A stretch of 64,000 nucleotides of DNA from Candidatus Iainarchaeum sp. GTDB lineage: Archaea; Iainarchaeota; Iainarchaeia; Iainarchaeales; JAAZKV01. Of the stretch, positions 46,739-61,048 are shown in pieces (position 1 is the stretch's first letter; the number at the start of each line of letters is the position of its first letter). The notes under the pieces are model-generated. The model did no database searches, was not told the origin of the DNA, and saw only the letters and a list, made by a program, of their open reading frames with translations. A program made the position numbers and the translations under genes. The stretch is from positions 9,296 through 73,295 of the forward strand of contig JAQVNZ010000002.1 of NCBI GenBank assembly GCA_028702895.1. The letters are read 5' to 3'.

Positions 46739-48709
46739 TTAACCAGCGCCTCCGCCTCCTCCACCGCCTCCGCCCCCACCACTACTTCCTCCTCCACTAA
46801 ATCCACTTGAACCTGATGTGGAATCAGCGTGACTAAATGCACTTGAGAAAGAGTTTCCAATTGAAGCGAAATCTCCTGCTGAAAAAGATGCGTAAGTTCC
46901 AACAAAAATTGTGGAGTTAAAAGAATCTTCTTTTGGAAAAACTAGTTTAATTGCTTTTTCAACAGCTTTTCCTTCGCCTATTGCAGCAGCATAAACAAGA
47001 TATTTTTCCCATAACACAATTGAATGTGGGGGTTTATCTTGTATTTTTGTCATATCCTGTAAGAATCTTTTAAAATTATTCCATTTATGGTAGTGAAGTG
47101 TGCCTTTTTTTGTTCGTGAGATTAGTGTTTGAGTAAAAACTATTGGGAAAATTATTGTGCTAAGAATAGCAATTCCAAATCCACCAAAAAAATACAACAT
47201 TATTATATTAAAAATAATTGAGCCTCCAATGTAATAATATAATCCTTTTGGTTTTTCATCAAAATCCATTTTTTTGTATTCTTTTTTTGCTGTTGTTTTC
47301 CAATGTATAAACCATTCTTCTGCAAAAGAGTTGTGGGTTTGTAAAAAAATTTTTATTTTGCTTATTGTTAAACTGTTTGGGGTTTTCTCTTTTTTCTTTT
47401 TGATAATATGTTTTTCCCAGAGTGTTTGTGAATCATCTTCTGCTATCCGAATTAATAAATCATAAATGTGTTGTTGGCTTGGTTCTAAAGTTATTGTGTT
47501 AATTTTTTCTCTATTTAAATTAATCACAAAATCGTCTTCGTTTTGAGAATTTTTTTCTATGGTTAATAATCCTTTTAATCCAAGATAAAGTATTTCTGCG
47601 CCAATAACTTTTGCAGAAGGGGTTTTTGAAAAAAAGTTTAATAATAAATTTACTGTTGTTGGAGAATAATCGTAAGGGATATCTCTTTCGTAAATTGCAT
47701 AATAATCAATTTTTGGTTCTTTTCCAAATTTATACCAGCATAAAATAAAAAGTATTGCAGGGACTAAAAAAGAAATTAACATTATTATTTCATTTGTACT
47801 TGTGAAATAAATTATTGGGAAAAATGTTGTAAATATAAAAATAATTATTATTTTAGACAGTCTTGTAAAAAGAATACTTTTTGATTCTTTATAAACAATC
47901 ATTGTAATAAAAATCATGGCTATTACAATAAAATAAATAAATATTACAAAATTAAAAATTTTTTGCGGATCATTAAAATTACTATTTGAATTAGGATTTG
48001 TTGTTGTGACTGGGTAAGTTGAATTATTTTCTGTACTTGGATAATTTGGATTATTTTCTTCTTTTATTATTCTTTCTAATGCAAACTCATTTTTTTTATT
48101 AATAATTAATTGTTCTGCTGGGAATAATAATCTTATTTCAACCCAGCTCTGTGCTGGAATATTAAATGCTTGAAATATTAATTTTTGATTATCAATTAAA
48201 CCGATTTTTCCATTTATTTCAGGGTGTCCCCAAGAGTATACTTCATTTGTATCATTAACTTTTTTTGGTAATAATATAAATCCAGTTAATTCTTTTACTG
48301 ATTTTTCCCAACCATTGCCCCACACTTTAAAATAAAATTCGCTTATATCAGAGTATGCTGTTATAGCATTGTTTAATTCATAAGAAATTCTAAAAGTTTT
48401 AATTTCATTACTTGCTTTAAAATACCATTTATATTGAATAGAATTATTTTGTTGAATATTATCATAATTTAATTCTTTTTCTCCATCAAAGATTTTAATA
48501 TTAGAATAATTCCAATATCCTTTGTCTAGGTTACGATAAGCAAAACTAAACTCGCCATTAAAATTAAATGTAACATATTCGTTAACAAAAATAGTCCCAG
48601 TTTCTGTAATATCAAATTCAACATTAGCTTTATCAATAGTGTAACTTTTAGAACTAGCAAATGAAATTAGGATAATTAAGAAAATAATTAGAAAAATCTT
48701 TTTGTTCAT
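46739..48709 (-). CDS. DUF2207-family membrane protein with poly-Gly C-terminal tail
   Basis: Signal peptide, ~230-aa extracytoplasmic beta-rich domain, TM cluster, cytoplasmic domain, two more TM segments and a terminal SGFSGGGSSGGGGGGGGGGGAG tail. This is the characteristic DUF2207 (YciQ-like) architecture. Confidence 0.55.
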   Translation of the reverse strand: MNKKIFLIIFLIILISFASSKSYTIDKANVEFDITETGTIFVNEYVTFNFNGEFSFAYRNLDKGYWNYSNIKIFDGEKELNYDNIQQNNSIQYKWYFKASNEIKTFRISYELNNAITAYSDISEFYFKVWGNGWEKSVKELTGFILLPKKVNDTNEVYSWGHPEINGKIGLIDNQKLIFQAFNIPAQSWVEIRLLFPAEQLIINKKNEFALERIIKEENNPNYPSTENNSTYPVTTTNPNSNSNFNDPQKIFNFVIFIYFIVIAMIFITMIVYKESKSILFTRLSKIIIIFIFTTFFPIIYFTSTNEIIMLISFLVPAILFILCWYKFGKEPKIDYYAIYERDIPYDYSPTTVNLLLNFFSKTPSAKVIGAEILYLGLKGLLTIEKNSQNEDDFVINLNREKINTITLEPSQQHIYDLLIRIAEDDSQTLWEKHIIKKKKEKTPNSLTISKIKIFLQTHNSFAEEWFIHWKTTAKKEYKKMDFDEKPKGLYYYIGGSIIFNIIMLYFFGGFGIAILSTIIFPIVFTQTLISRTKKGTLHYHKWNNFKRFLQDMTKIQDKPPHSIVLWEKYLVYAAAIGEGKAVEKAIKLVFPKEDSFNSTIFVGTYASFSAGDFASIGNSFSSAFSHADSTSGSSGFSGGGSSGGGGGGGGGGGAG

Positions 48710-48796
48710 CTAATTAATTTTGTATTAAAGAGTATTTAATATTTTCGAAGAAATTTGGTTTAATATTTTTTGGGTGAATTTATTTTTTTTAAAAAG

Positions 48797-50989
48797 TTAG
48801 TCAATGAAAAATTGCCATGGTTTTACATCTTCTGGCATTCCTTTTCTTTTTCTAATTTCTTTTATTGTTTGTTGTTGTAATTCTGTTGGTAATTTTTCGT
48901 AACCGTGATATTCTGCTGTCCAAACAGCTCTTCCTTGTGTTGCGCTTCGCATTGCATTAGAGAATCCAATTAATTCTTTTACTGGTGCTTTGCTAATAAT
49001 TATTGATGAGTCTCCTTCTGTTCTCATTTCAGTAATTTGTACTCTTCTAGATCCAAGTTCTCTTGATGCTGATCCCATTTGATTTTCAGGCACGCTTAAA
49101 GTTAGTAATTGTTTTGGTTCAAATAATTCTACTCCGCCTTGTAACATGCATGCATAAACTCCTCTTGTAATAGCAGGTATTATTTGTGCAGGTCCACGAT
49201 GTATTGAATCCTCGTGTAATGTTGCGTCTATTAATTCAAACATTACTCCTTGACATCTTTCTTTTGCTAAAGGTCCATCATTCATTGCGTCAATAAATGA
49301 TTGTACTAATAATTCTCTTATTTCGTTTAATGCTACAATTCCTCTTGTTCTATCTACTAAAACATTTGATCCACTAACTGCCCATATTTTTCTCGCAGTA
49401 TCAGTGTCAAACCCAAGTGCTTTTAATTTATCAACACTTTCAGCGTGTTTTGGTTTAATTTTTCCATTTAAATTTGTTTCTAATAATTTTTCAAAAATTT
49501 CTCCTGTTATTGGAGTTACTTTTATTTTAAATTTGTTATGTTTATTTGGACTCTTTGCTTCAAGTACTTCACTTTCTCCTTTTAATGCTTCATGATATAC
49601 TACTATTGGAGAAGATGTTTCTACATCCAATTTATGATTATTTTTTATTCTATAAATATTTACTTCTAAATGTAATTCTCCCATTCCGCTAAGCAAGTGT
49701 TCGCCAGTTTCTTGGTTTATTGTTGCTTGTAGATTAGGATCTTCTTTTGATAATTTTTTTAATACTTCAATTAATTTTGGTAAATCTTTAGGATTTTTAG
49801 CTTCTATACTAATCGTCATTACTGGTTTAGCATTACTCATAAAACTTTCAAAACTCTTCATTTCTATTGTTGAAACAGTTTCACCAGCATAAATATCTTT
49901 TGCGCCTACAATCGCTGCAATATTTCCTGCACTAGCTTTTTGTATTGTTAAAAAATCACCGCTCATATATATTCCTAATTTTTGGACTTTTATTTTTTGT
50001 CCAGTTGATAATAAAGTTACTTCGTCTCCTGATTTTAAACTTCCAGAATATATTCTTCCTGTTGCAACATCTCCTGCGTGTTGATCAACACTAACATCTG
50101 TAATAACCATTCCTAATGCGCCACTAGCATCACAATTAAGCATTGATTTTCCAATTGCTGTTTCTTCATCTCCGCCCCAAATTTTTTTAATCCTGTATTT
50201 TTGTGATTGCATTGGTGAAGGTAAATGATCTATTACCATTTGTAATACTGCTTCATGAACTGGAGATTTTTTTGCTAATTCGTCTTGTTGTCCATTCTTC
50301 ATGTATTCATAAACTTGTTTAAATGTAACACCTGATTTTTTTATGTATGGTGCTGAAACACCCCATTTTTTCATTGCAGATCCAAATGCAACAGTTCCTT
50401 TTTCTATTCCCACTTGCCATTCATTTTTGAATTCTTCTGGAGCATTTCTTTCAATTAGAGTATTAACGTGTTTTATTACTTTAATGAATTTTTCTTGCAT
50501 TTGTTGTTCTGTAGCGTTTAATTCGCTTATAATTCTATCAACTTTATTAATAAATAAAACTGGTTTAACATATTCTTTTAATGCTTGTCTGATTACAGTT
50601 TCTGTTTGAGGCATTACTCCTTCAACAGAATCAACAACTAATATTACTCCATCAACTGCTCTCATTGCTCTAATAACTTCTCCAGTAAAATCAACGTGTC
50701 CTGGTGTGTCAATAAGATTAATTAAATGTTCTTTTCCTTCCCAAGGGTAAACTAAAGAAATATTTGCTGCGTTAATAGTTATTCCTCGATCTTGTTCTTG
50801 ATCTTCATAATCCATTAATTGTACTTCGCCTGATAATTCTGAATTAATTAGTCCTGCTGCTGCAATTAGTGAGTCGCTTAGAGTAGTTTTTCCATGATCT
50901 ATGTGTGCTACTGTTCCAATATTTCTAATATTTTCTCTGGTTTTCATTAAGTTTTGTACTACTTCAACCATGTCTTCTTTTCTTCCCAT
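48797..50989 (-). CDS. fusA: Elongation factor 2 (aEF2)
   Basis: NIGTVAHIDHGKTTLSDSLIAAAG...DTPGHVDFTGEV. 730 aa, with the diphthamide-region His near the end of domain IV. Confidence 0.95.
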   Translation of the reverse strand: MGRKEDMVEVVQNLMKTRENIRNIGTVAHIDHGKTTLSDSLIAAAGLINSELSGEVQLMDYEDQEQDRGITINAANISLVYPWEGKEHLINLIDTPGHVDFTGEVIRAMRAVDGVILVVDSVEGVMPQTETVIRQALKEYVKPVLFINKVDRIISELNATEQQMQEKFIKVIKHVNTLIERNAPEEFKNEWQVGIEKGTVAFGSAMKKWGVSAPYIKKSGVTFKQVYEYMKNGQQDELAKKSPVHEAVLQMVIDHLPSPMQSQKYRIKKIWGGDEETAIGKSMLNCDASGALGMVITDVSVDQHAGDVATGRIYSGSLKSGDEVTLLSTGQKIKVQKLGIYMSGDFLTIQKASAGNIAAIVGAKDIYAGETVSTIEMKSFESFMSNAKPVMTISIEAKNPKDLPKLIEVLKKLSKEDPNLQATINQETGEHLLSGMGELHLEVNIYRIKNNHKLDVETSSPIVVYHEALKGESEVLEAKSPNKHNKFKIKVTPITGEIFEKLLETNLNGKIKPKHAESVDKLKALGFDTDTARKIWAVSGSNVLVDRTRGIVALNEIRELLVQSFIDAMNDGPLAKERCQGVMFELIDATLHEDSIHRGPAQIIPAITRGVYACMLQGGVELFEPKQLLTLSVPENQMGSASRELGSRRVQITEMRTEGDSSIIISKAPVKELIGFSNAMRSATQGRAVWTAEYHGYEKLPTELQQQTIKEIRKRKGMPEDVKPWQFFID

Positions 50990-51048
50990 TATTGCTCACC
51001 TAATTTTTTTTTAAAATAAATTTATTATTTAAATAATTTTTTTATTAT

Positions 51049-51795
51049 TTACCTGCTTGCTCTTGCAATTCTTTCTACTTCATCTCTTCTTTTTATTGCC
51101 AAGCTTTTTGTATCCTTGTTTGCAGCTGAAATAATTTCGTCTGCTAATGCATTTGATGCATCAATTTTTGAATTAAAAGAGTTTCCAAAACCAGCTAATG
51201 CAATATTTTTTATTGCAGCATCTAATCTTTTTAATGGAGAAACATCAACTGCAATAGAATAAGCTACTCCGCCTTTTTTTACTCTTGTAACATCTTCTCT
51301 AGGTGCAGTGTTTTCAATAGCATTTACTAATATTTGTATTGGATTTTGTTTAGTTTTCATTTCAATAATTTCAAATGTTTTTTCTAATATTTGTGTGTTT
51401 TGTAATTTTTTTCCACAACTTCCTCGGCCTCTAATATATTTTCCACTTAATTTTCTTTTTCCTTGGCCGGATCTCATCATTTTGTTTATTAGTCTTTCAA
51501 CTAAATTAATATTCATTTTTCCAAATTTAGTTTGGCTTTTTCTTCCAAATGAGTGTGGTATTATTACTGGGTCTAGATTAATGTATGTTACTAAACTTAA
51601 ATCAGAAACAATTACATCTTTAGAACTCCATTTATTAAACATTTTATAATCTGAAAATGGACTATGTTTTTTAACAAAAACTGGTTTTTGTTGTTCTTGT
51701 GGAATATTTTCTGTTTGAACTTCTTGGAAAACTTTTTTAGTAGTATCTTCGAATTTTTTTGTTTTATTTTTAAATCCTTCTTTTTTTTCAACCAT
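51049..51795 (-). CDS. rps7: Ribosomal protein S7 (uS7) with ~50-aa N-terminal extension
   Basis: KMNINLVERLINKMMRSGQGKRKLSGKYIRGRGSCGKKLQNTQILEKTFEII... Confidence 0.9.
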   Translation of the reverse strand: MVEKKEGFKNKTKKFEDTTKKVFQEVQTENIPQEQQKPVFVKKHSPFSDYKMFNKWSSKDVIVSDLSLVTYINLDPVIIPHSFGRKSQTKFGKMNINLVERLINKMMRSGQGKRKLSGKYIRGRGSCGKKLQNTQILEKTFEIIEMKTKQNPIQILVNAIENTAPREDVTRVKKGGVAYSIAVDVSPLKRLDAAIKNIALAGFGNSFNSKIDASNALADEIISAANKDTKSLAIKRRDEVERIARASR

Positions 51796-51889
51796 ATTAT
51801 CACTATCGTCCTTTTTTGCTATTGACTAAAAAATACACTATCTGCACTCACAATGTTTGCTTGATAGTATTTAGTCTTAATTAAAATAA

Positions 51890-52321
51890 TTATCTCTTGC
51901 TTTTCTCCTTTTTTCCAGTTCTTAACATTTCTAAAGATATTCCGTTAACGTGGGTTACTTGGTATTTTACTCCCCATAGGTCTCCCATTGATCCGCCTTG
52001 TGCTCCGCCAATTCCTGATATTAATACTTCGTCGTGTTCATCAATGAATTTTATTGCACCATCTTTTGGTGCTAGTGCGGTTAATTCTTTACCATTTTTT
52101 ATTAATTGTACTCTAACACATTTTCTTATTCCTGAGTTTGGCTGTTTTGCAGTTACTCCTCTTTTTTCTAAAACAATTCCTTTTGCTTGTGGGGAACCTG
52201 CTAATAAATCTCCTTTATTACCTTCTCTAATTTTTAATTTTTTTGACACTCTCCTGTCTTTTTTTCGCCATTTAGTTCTCTTTTTTTGTAGACTTAATGC
52301 TGCGAATTCTCCTTTTCCCAT
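51890..52321 (-). CDS. rps12: Ribosomal protein S12 (uS12)
   Basis: [64 protein letters not shown]. Confidence 0.9.
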   Translation of the reverse strand: MGKGEFAALSLQKKRTKWRKKDRRVSKKLKIREGNKGDLLAGSPQAKGIVLEKRGVTAKQPNSGIRKCVRVQLIKNGKELTALAPKDGAIKFIDEHDEVLISGIGGAQGGSMGDLWGVKYQVTHVNGISLEMLRTGKKEKSKR

Positions 52322-52414
52322 TAATGCTCACCATAAACCTTTAACAAATAATAATTTTTTTAATCTAATATATTTTGTTTTAAATCCTTTTAAAAAAGCT
52401 TGTTTTTTAAAATT

Positions 52415-52819
52415 TTAATTTAAAATCATTTCCAATCCATAATTCCTTTCAATTATTTCTTTTACTATTCTAAATCTTCTGCTATTAATAAAAATTTTTT
52501 TCTTATCAATTGCATTAACATTTAATAATAATTTTTTATTCTTTGTTTTTGCCTCATTTATTTTTATTTGAAATGTTTTTGATAAAACATCTTCTGGTTT
52601 TTCATAAAACCCAATTATTTCAATTCTTTTGTTTAATGCTTTTTCTAATTGTTTAACATTAATTGCGTTTTTTCCAATTGCTTTTCCCATGTCTTTTTCT
52701 TTTACAAGATATGAAATGGTATTGTCTTTGACAATACAATCCTTTGGAGTTACTTGTGAAACTTTTTCAAATGCGTTTATTAATAAAATGTCTTCCATTG
52801 AAAGTTTCATTTTAATCAC
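52415..52819 (-). CDS. nusA: Archaeal NusA-like protein (two KH domains)
   Basis: LLINAFEKVSQVTPKDCIVKDNTISYLVKEKDMGKAIGKNAINVKQLEKALNKRIEIIGF. Conserved position between L30e and S12. Confidence 0.8.
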   Translation of the reverse strand: MIKMKLSMEDILLINAFEKVSQVTPKDCIVKDNTISYLVKEKDMGKAIGKNAINVKQLEKALNKRIEIIGFYEKPEDVLSKTFQIKINEAKTKNKKLLLNVNAIDKKKIFINSRRFRIVKEIIERNYGLEMILN

Positions 52820-52821
52820 GA

Positions 52822-53151
52822 TTATTTACTGTTTTTAACAGTTTTATTTTCTTCTATTAAATCTAATACTTTACTTTTTCCTTTGTCAATAATAATTAAT
52901 GTTGATATAACAAATGGTTTTCCGCACACACTTCCTAGTGTTAAGCCATTATCTTTATAGTCAAAAGCATTTTTTCCTTGGGTTTTTGTTATGTGTAAAA
53001 GTTTTTCTTTTTCATTTGCAGGAATATTATTTGAAAATATTACTAATTCTCCGTTTCCTTTTAATAATTCTTTTTGGCATTGTCTTTGTCCAAAAACAAC
53101 TTTTCCAGTGTCAACTGCTCTTCTAATTTCAGTATTTGCGTCTATTGCCAT
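52822..53151 (-). CDS. rpl30e: Ribosomal protein L30e
   Basis: IRRAVDTGKVVFGQRQCQKELLKGNGELVIFSNNIP matches the eL30 L7Ae-fold N-terminus. Confidence 0.85.
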   Translation of the reverse strand: MAIDANTEIRRAVDTGKVVFGQRQCQKELLKGNGELVIFSNNIPANEKEKLLHITKTQGKNAFDYKDNGLTLGSVCGKPFVISTLIIIDKGKSKVLDLIEENKTVKNSK

Positions 53152-53324
53152 ATTATCAAACTCTTTTTATTTTTGAGAATTATAAATAAAGAAAAAAATA
53201 AGTTTTTTTCCCTTACTCCATAACACACATTTGTGTATTGTTTCTCAAGGTTAAATTAATTCTTTGAAATAATATTTATAAATGTTGTGTGTGTAATTCA
53301 ATTTTTTATTTGTATGATTGTTAG

Positions 53325-53348
53325 CGCATTTAATTTTTATTAAATGCG
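53325..53348 (-). terminator. Perfect 10-bp stem hairpin cgcatttaat-tttt-attaaatgcg immediately 3' of rpoA''
   Basis: Lies 10 nt downstream (minus-strand sense) of the rpoA'' stop at 53358 and is flanked by T/A runs. It sits between the rpoH-A'' unit and the L30e-NusA-S12 unit. Confidence 0.35.
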
Positions 53349-53357
53349 TTTTTGTTA

Positions 53358-54635
<1,278 letters not shown>

Positions 54636-54643
54636 TTACTCAC

Positions 54644-57244
<2,601 letters not shown>

Positions 57245-57265
57245 AAATAATCACCCAATTTTTTA

Positions 57266-59080
57266 TTATACTTTATCCACTAATTTTATTTTTGCTAATA
57301 TTCCTAGTGCTTTTAATTCTTCAAGCAATAATTTGAATCCATAACTCATTTCAACAGGGTACATTTTCCCGCCTTTTCCACCAAGAGTAATATTCTTTTT
57401 TCTTATTTCATCTCGGTATCCTATTAGACCACTTTCTTCATCAACCATTGCAACGAATTTATCTGAATCTTCAAGCATTTTTTCGTGTAATAACATTGCG
57501 GCTCCGTGTCCAACCAATGTTTCTCCTTCCATCTCTCCGAATCGTAATCCGCCCTCTTTTTCTTTTCCTTCAGTGGGTTGTCTTGTAAGCATTTGTACTG
57601 GTCCTCTTGCTCTTGCTTGTATTTTATGTGTTACAACGTGATACAATTTTTGGTAAGGGATTATTCCAGTGTATATTGCACCTTGGATTCTTTTTCCGCT
57701 AATACCATCATAAAAAATTTCCATTCCATCATTTCTATAACCGTTATCTACTAGCATTTGTTCTAATACTTCTCTTTTAGTAGAATTAAATGGTGTTCCA
57801 TCAATTATTTTTCCAGACGCAGCTCCTGCTTTTCCACCAATCATTTCAAGTAAGTGTCCCATAGTCATTCTTGATGGGATTGAATGTGGGTTTAATATTA
57901 AATCTGGTTTTATTCCATCAACTGTAAATGGCATGTCTTCTTCAGGAACAATATAACTAACAACACCTTTTTGTCCGTGTCTTGAAGCTAGTTTATCTCC
58001 AACTGCTGGTTTTAATACAGTTCTAACTTTAACTTTTGCTAATCGACTACCATCAGGTCCTTCAGTTATTAATATAGTGTCAACAAAACCATCTTTTCTT
58101 TTTCTAACTATTACTGATGAATCTCTTCTAGTTTCTTGTTCTGCTCCAAAATCATTCATTTCTTCAAAAAATTTTGGGGGAGATGTTTTTCCAATTATTG
58201 CTTCTCCTTCACAAACTTCTTGTTCTAAGTTTACTAATCCATCCATTCCTAATTTAGAATATTTTTCTTCTTCAATAAAACCAACTTTTGCTTCTGTTGG
58301 AATTTCAAATTTATCTCTTTGTCCACCAGGATATCTTTGTTCAATTGCTTCATATCCTCTAAAATAACATCCTCTAGCAAGTCCTCTATCAACTGCTCCT
58401 TGATTTAGGATAACCGCATCCATTGTATTAAACCCATAGTAAGGCATTATTGCTACAACAAAGTTTTGTACTTGTGGTCTTTCATCCATTCCAAGAACGT
58501 CCATTGTTCTAGTTTTAACAATATTTTTTTCAGGATAATATAACATGTATCCTTCAGTGTCTTGTCTTAATTTATAATTAGAAGTACCAAACCCGATTGC
58601 TTGTTTAAACATTTTGTCTCCGTGTAATGCTTTTCCTGCCATGTCGTGTTCAATATAAGGTACCATGCTTGAAATAACACTTAGGATAGCTGCGCCATCA
58701 ATTTCTAGGTGAGTGTGATCTTTTGTTATTTCTGCTTCACTTTGTGCTACTAGAGTACTTTCTTCTTCTTCAGAATCAAGGTATTCTATTACACCCATTT
58801 CAACTATTTTATTAAAATTCAATTCTTTATTCTCAACTTTTTCTTGTAATTCTTTAGTGTAAAGGCTCTTACCATTTTTAATAACAATTAAAGGTCTTTG
58901 TAATCGTCCTGCATCAGTGTTAATATAAATTTCATTAGTGTCTTTGTGAAATGCAATATTAGTTTCTTTAGGTAAAGCACCTTCTCTTCTAGCTGTAATT
59001 GCTATTTTGGTTAGCTCTTGTGCATTATCGTGAAAACCAATTAATCTACCATTAATATATACTTTTGCTACATTTGCCAT
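57266..59080 (-). CDS. rpoB1: DNA-directed RNA polymerase subunit B' (C-terminal half of B)
   Basis: SRHGQKGVVSYIVPEEDMPF...GGLRFGEMEGETLVGHGAA are the conserved RpoB C-terminal motifs. Confidence 0.95.
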   Translation of the reverse strand: MANVAKVYINGRLIGFHDNAQELTKIAITARREGALPKETNIAFHKDTNEIYINTDAGRLQRPLIVIKNGKSLYTKELQEKVENKELNFNKIVEMGVIEYLDSEEEESTLVAQSEAEITKDHTHLEIDGAAILSVISSMVPYIEHDMAGKALHGDKMFKQAIGFGTSNYKLRQDTEGYMLYYPEKNIVKTRTMDVLGMDERPQVQNFVVAIMPYYGFNTMDAVILNQGAVDRGLARGCYFRGYEAIEQRYPGGQRDKFEIPTEAKVGFIEEEKYSKLGMDGLVNLEQEVCEGEAIIGKTSPPKFFEEMNDFGAEQETRRDSSVIVRKRKDGFVDTILITEGPDGSRLAKVKVRTVLKPAVGDKLASRHGQKGVVSYIVPEEDMPFTVDGIKPDLILNPHSIPSRMTMGHLLEMIGGKAGAASGKIIDGTPFNSTKREVLEQMLVDNGYRNDGMEIFYDGISGKRIQGAIYTGIIPYQKLYHVVTHKIQARARGPVQMLTRQPTEGKEKEGGLRFGEMEGETLVGHGAAMLLHEKMLEDSDKFVAMVDEESGLIGYRDEIRKKNITLGGKGGKMYPVEMSYGFKLLLEELKALGILAKIKLVDKV

Positions 59081-59090
59081 TAATATTCAC

Positions 59091-60569
59091 CTATAATTTT
59101 TTTAATTTTACTCCTTGGTTGTTTAAAAAACTTTCAATACCATCTTCTGGTACTTCAGTTGTTACTTCGCTCATAAAACATAAATTTTTTACAAGTCCAC
59201 ATTGTGGTCCGTCTGGTGTTTCAATGGGATCAAGTCTACCCCAGTGTGTTCCGTGAACATCTCTTGCCTCGTATAATTCTCTAGTCTTGCTTAATTGACT
59301 TTTAACTTTTCTTAAATCAGTTACTGGTGCTAGATAATTAACTCTATCCATGAATTTTGCTACTCCAGTACTTCTTCCAATCCAGTTTCCAGTACTCATT
59401 GCAAATCTAATCCTTTCACTTACTGCTCCAGGTCTAACAATAGTAGAAATATTTAATTTTCTTCTTCTAGTAACAGTTCTATCAATTTGGAATCTTAAAT
59501 CTTTAACAAAATATTTAAACGAATATCTAAATAAGTGTTCCATTAATTTTCCACTTAATTCTAATCTCTTATTAGTATAATGATCCTTATCATCTTTACT
59601 TCTTAATCCGTGGCTTCTTTCAATTGCTTTAGTAGCCATCATTGCTAAATAATATGCTTTTGCTAATCTTGCTTCTTCATCTTGACCAATATGTGGTAAT
59701 AAGAAACCGTTTATTACTTCTCTAGCTCTTCTTAATCTATAATCAATTACTTGGCCAGGTGCAACAAATTTTCCTATTTTATCTAATGCATCTTCTTCTA
59801 CTTTAATATCACATTCTTCCCAATTCAAACATAAATCGTTTTGTATTTCTATTTCTTCTGGGAAAGCATCAAAAACTTCTTTTCTTGTTTTAAGTCCTAG
59901 TGCTTTAAATAAAGTGAATAATAATAATTTTCTTGGACTAGTTGGAAAAGTAGCGTATAATAATCCTTCAGGACTTCTTGTAACTCTTACTCGTCCTTTA
60001 AAAGCTCCTTTTGTTGAAATAACTTCTGCAACAGTTCCTTTTTCTCCTTCAGAAATAAGTACTCTGTCACTAGATAATACTTCTTGTGTCATTAATGCTT
60101 TTTCAGAACCATTAACAATAAAATAGCCTCCAAAATCTTTTGGATCTTCGCCAGCGTCAATTAATTCGTTTGTATTCATTCCGTTTAACCAACATCTATT
60201 AGATTTAGTCATTATTGGTAAATCTCCAATGAATGTTCTTCTAGCGTCTTGTTCTACGTCTCTTCTAAATAATCGCATTGTTAAATAAATTGGGCCAGAA
60301 TAAGTTCTATTTCTAATTCTTGCTTCCATTGGTAAAAATTGGTCTCTTGGTGAACCGTCTGCTTCAATTATTTTTGGTTTGTCAATTTCAATATTGCTTA
60401 ATTCAATTTTAACTTCTTCTATTTTTGGGACAATTTCTTTGTTTTCGTCAACAATATCACTAATTTTATAATCTACAAATTGGTTGAATGAATCCAATTC
60501 CATTTGTGCAATATTTTTTTCTCTTAAATACGAATCAATTAATTCCCAACTCATTTTCACACAACCCAA
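59091..60569 (-). CDS. rpoB2: DNA-directed RNA polymerase subunit B'' (N-terminal half of B)
   Basis: GYFIVNGSEKALMTQE... N-terminal RpoB motifs. A split B subunit is typical of many archaea. Confidence 0.9.
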   Translation of the reverse strand: MGCVKMSWELIDSYLREKNIAQMELDSFNQFVDYKISDIVDENKEIVPKIEEVKIELSNIEIDKPKIIEADGSPRDQFLPMEARIRNRTYSGPIYLTMRLFRRDVEQDARRTFIGDLPIMTKSNRCWLNGMNTNELIDAGEDPKDFGGYFIVNGSEKALMTQEVLSSDRVLISEGEKGTVAEVISTKGAFKGRVRVTRSPEGLLYATFPTSPRKLLLFTLFKALGLKTRKEVFDAFPEEIEIQNDLCLNWEECDIKVEEDALDKIGKFVAPGQVIDYRLRRAREVINGFLLPHIGQDEEARLAKAYYLAMMATKAIERSHGLRSKDDKDHYTNKRLELSGKLMEHLFRYSFKYFVKDLRFQIDRTVTRRRKLNISTIVRPGAVSERIRFAMSTGNWIGRSTGVAKFMDRVNYLAPVTDLRKVKSQLSKTRELYEARDVHGTHWGRLDPIETPDGPQCGLVKNLCFMSEVTTEVPEDGIESFLNNQGVKLKKL

Positions 60570-60586
60570 ATTTTTAAATATTTTTT

Positions 60587-60865
60587 TTAAATGACTCTCC
60601 GATAATAAGTACTTTGTCCTGCTGTTAGAGAATCCCTAATTATTTTTACAACATCGCCCTTGTCTGCCTTTAAAGGTTTTATAGCAGGGTCTAGTTTAGT
60701 AATTTTTGGTAAAGCGCTTTTATTAATTCCTAATTCGTTCATTAGTTCGTCTACTTTTTCTTTTCTTATTAAAACGTGTTCTGGAACTAAATAATGTCTT
60801 TTTTCTTCAACCAATAAACCACCAGGCAACTTTTTTAGTTTTTTTAGAATATATGCGGATGACAA
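60587..60865 (-). CDS. rpoH: DNA-directed RNA polymerase subunit H (Rpb5 homolog); TTG start as called
   Basis: HYLVPEHVLIRKEKVDELMNELGINKSALPKITKLDPAIKPLKADKGDVVKIIRDSLTAGQSTYYRRVI matches the RpoH consensus. First gene of the RNAP operon. Confidence 0.85.
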   Translation of the reverse strand: MSSAYILKKLKKLPGGLLVEEKRHYLVPEHVLIRKEKVDELMNELGINKSALPKITKLDPAIKPLKADKGDVVKIIRDSLTAGQSTYYRRVI

Positions 60866-61048
60866 GAAATTTTTTTAAAAAAAATCGCTATAAACCCACA
60901 AAACACCCATTAAATACAAAATGATTTAAACAATTCTTGTTTATTTTAAAAATCATTAATGCTATTCAAATTTATCTTGGAAAAGATTTAAAAGCGTTGC
61001 GTGTTCGAAATCATTTTTTTGAAAAGATTAATAAAAGTTATTCATTAA

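Noticed and set aside
51612-51803. 63-aa minus-strand ORF overlapping the S7 N-terminus, plus many 60-120 aa antisense ORFs across the r-protein cluster
   Set aside because: All overlap high-confidence conserved genes in other frames. They are Leu/Phe/Ile-rich as expected from AT-rich antisense sequence.
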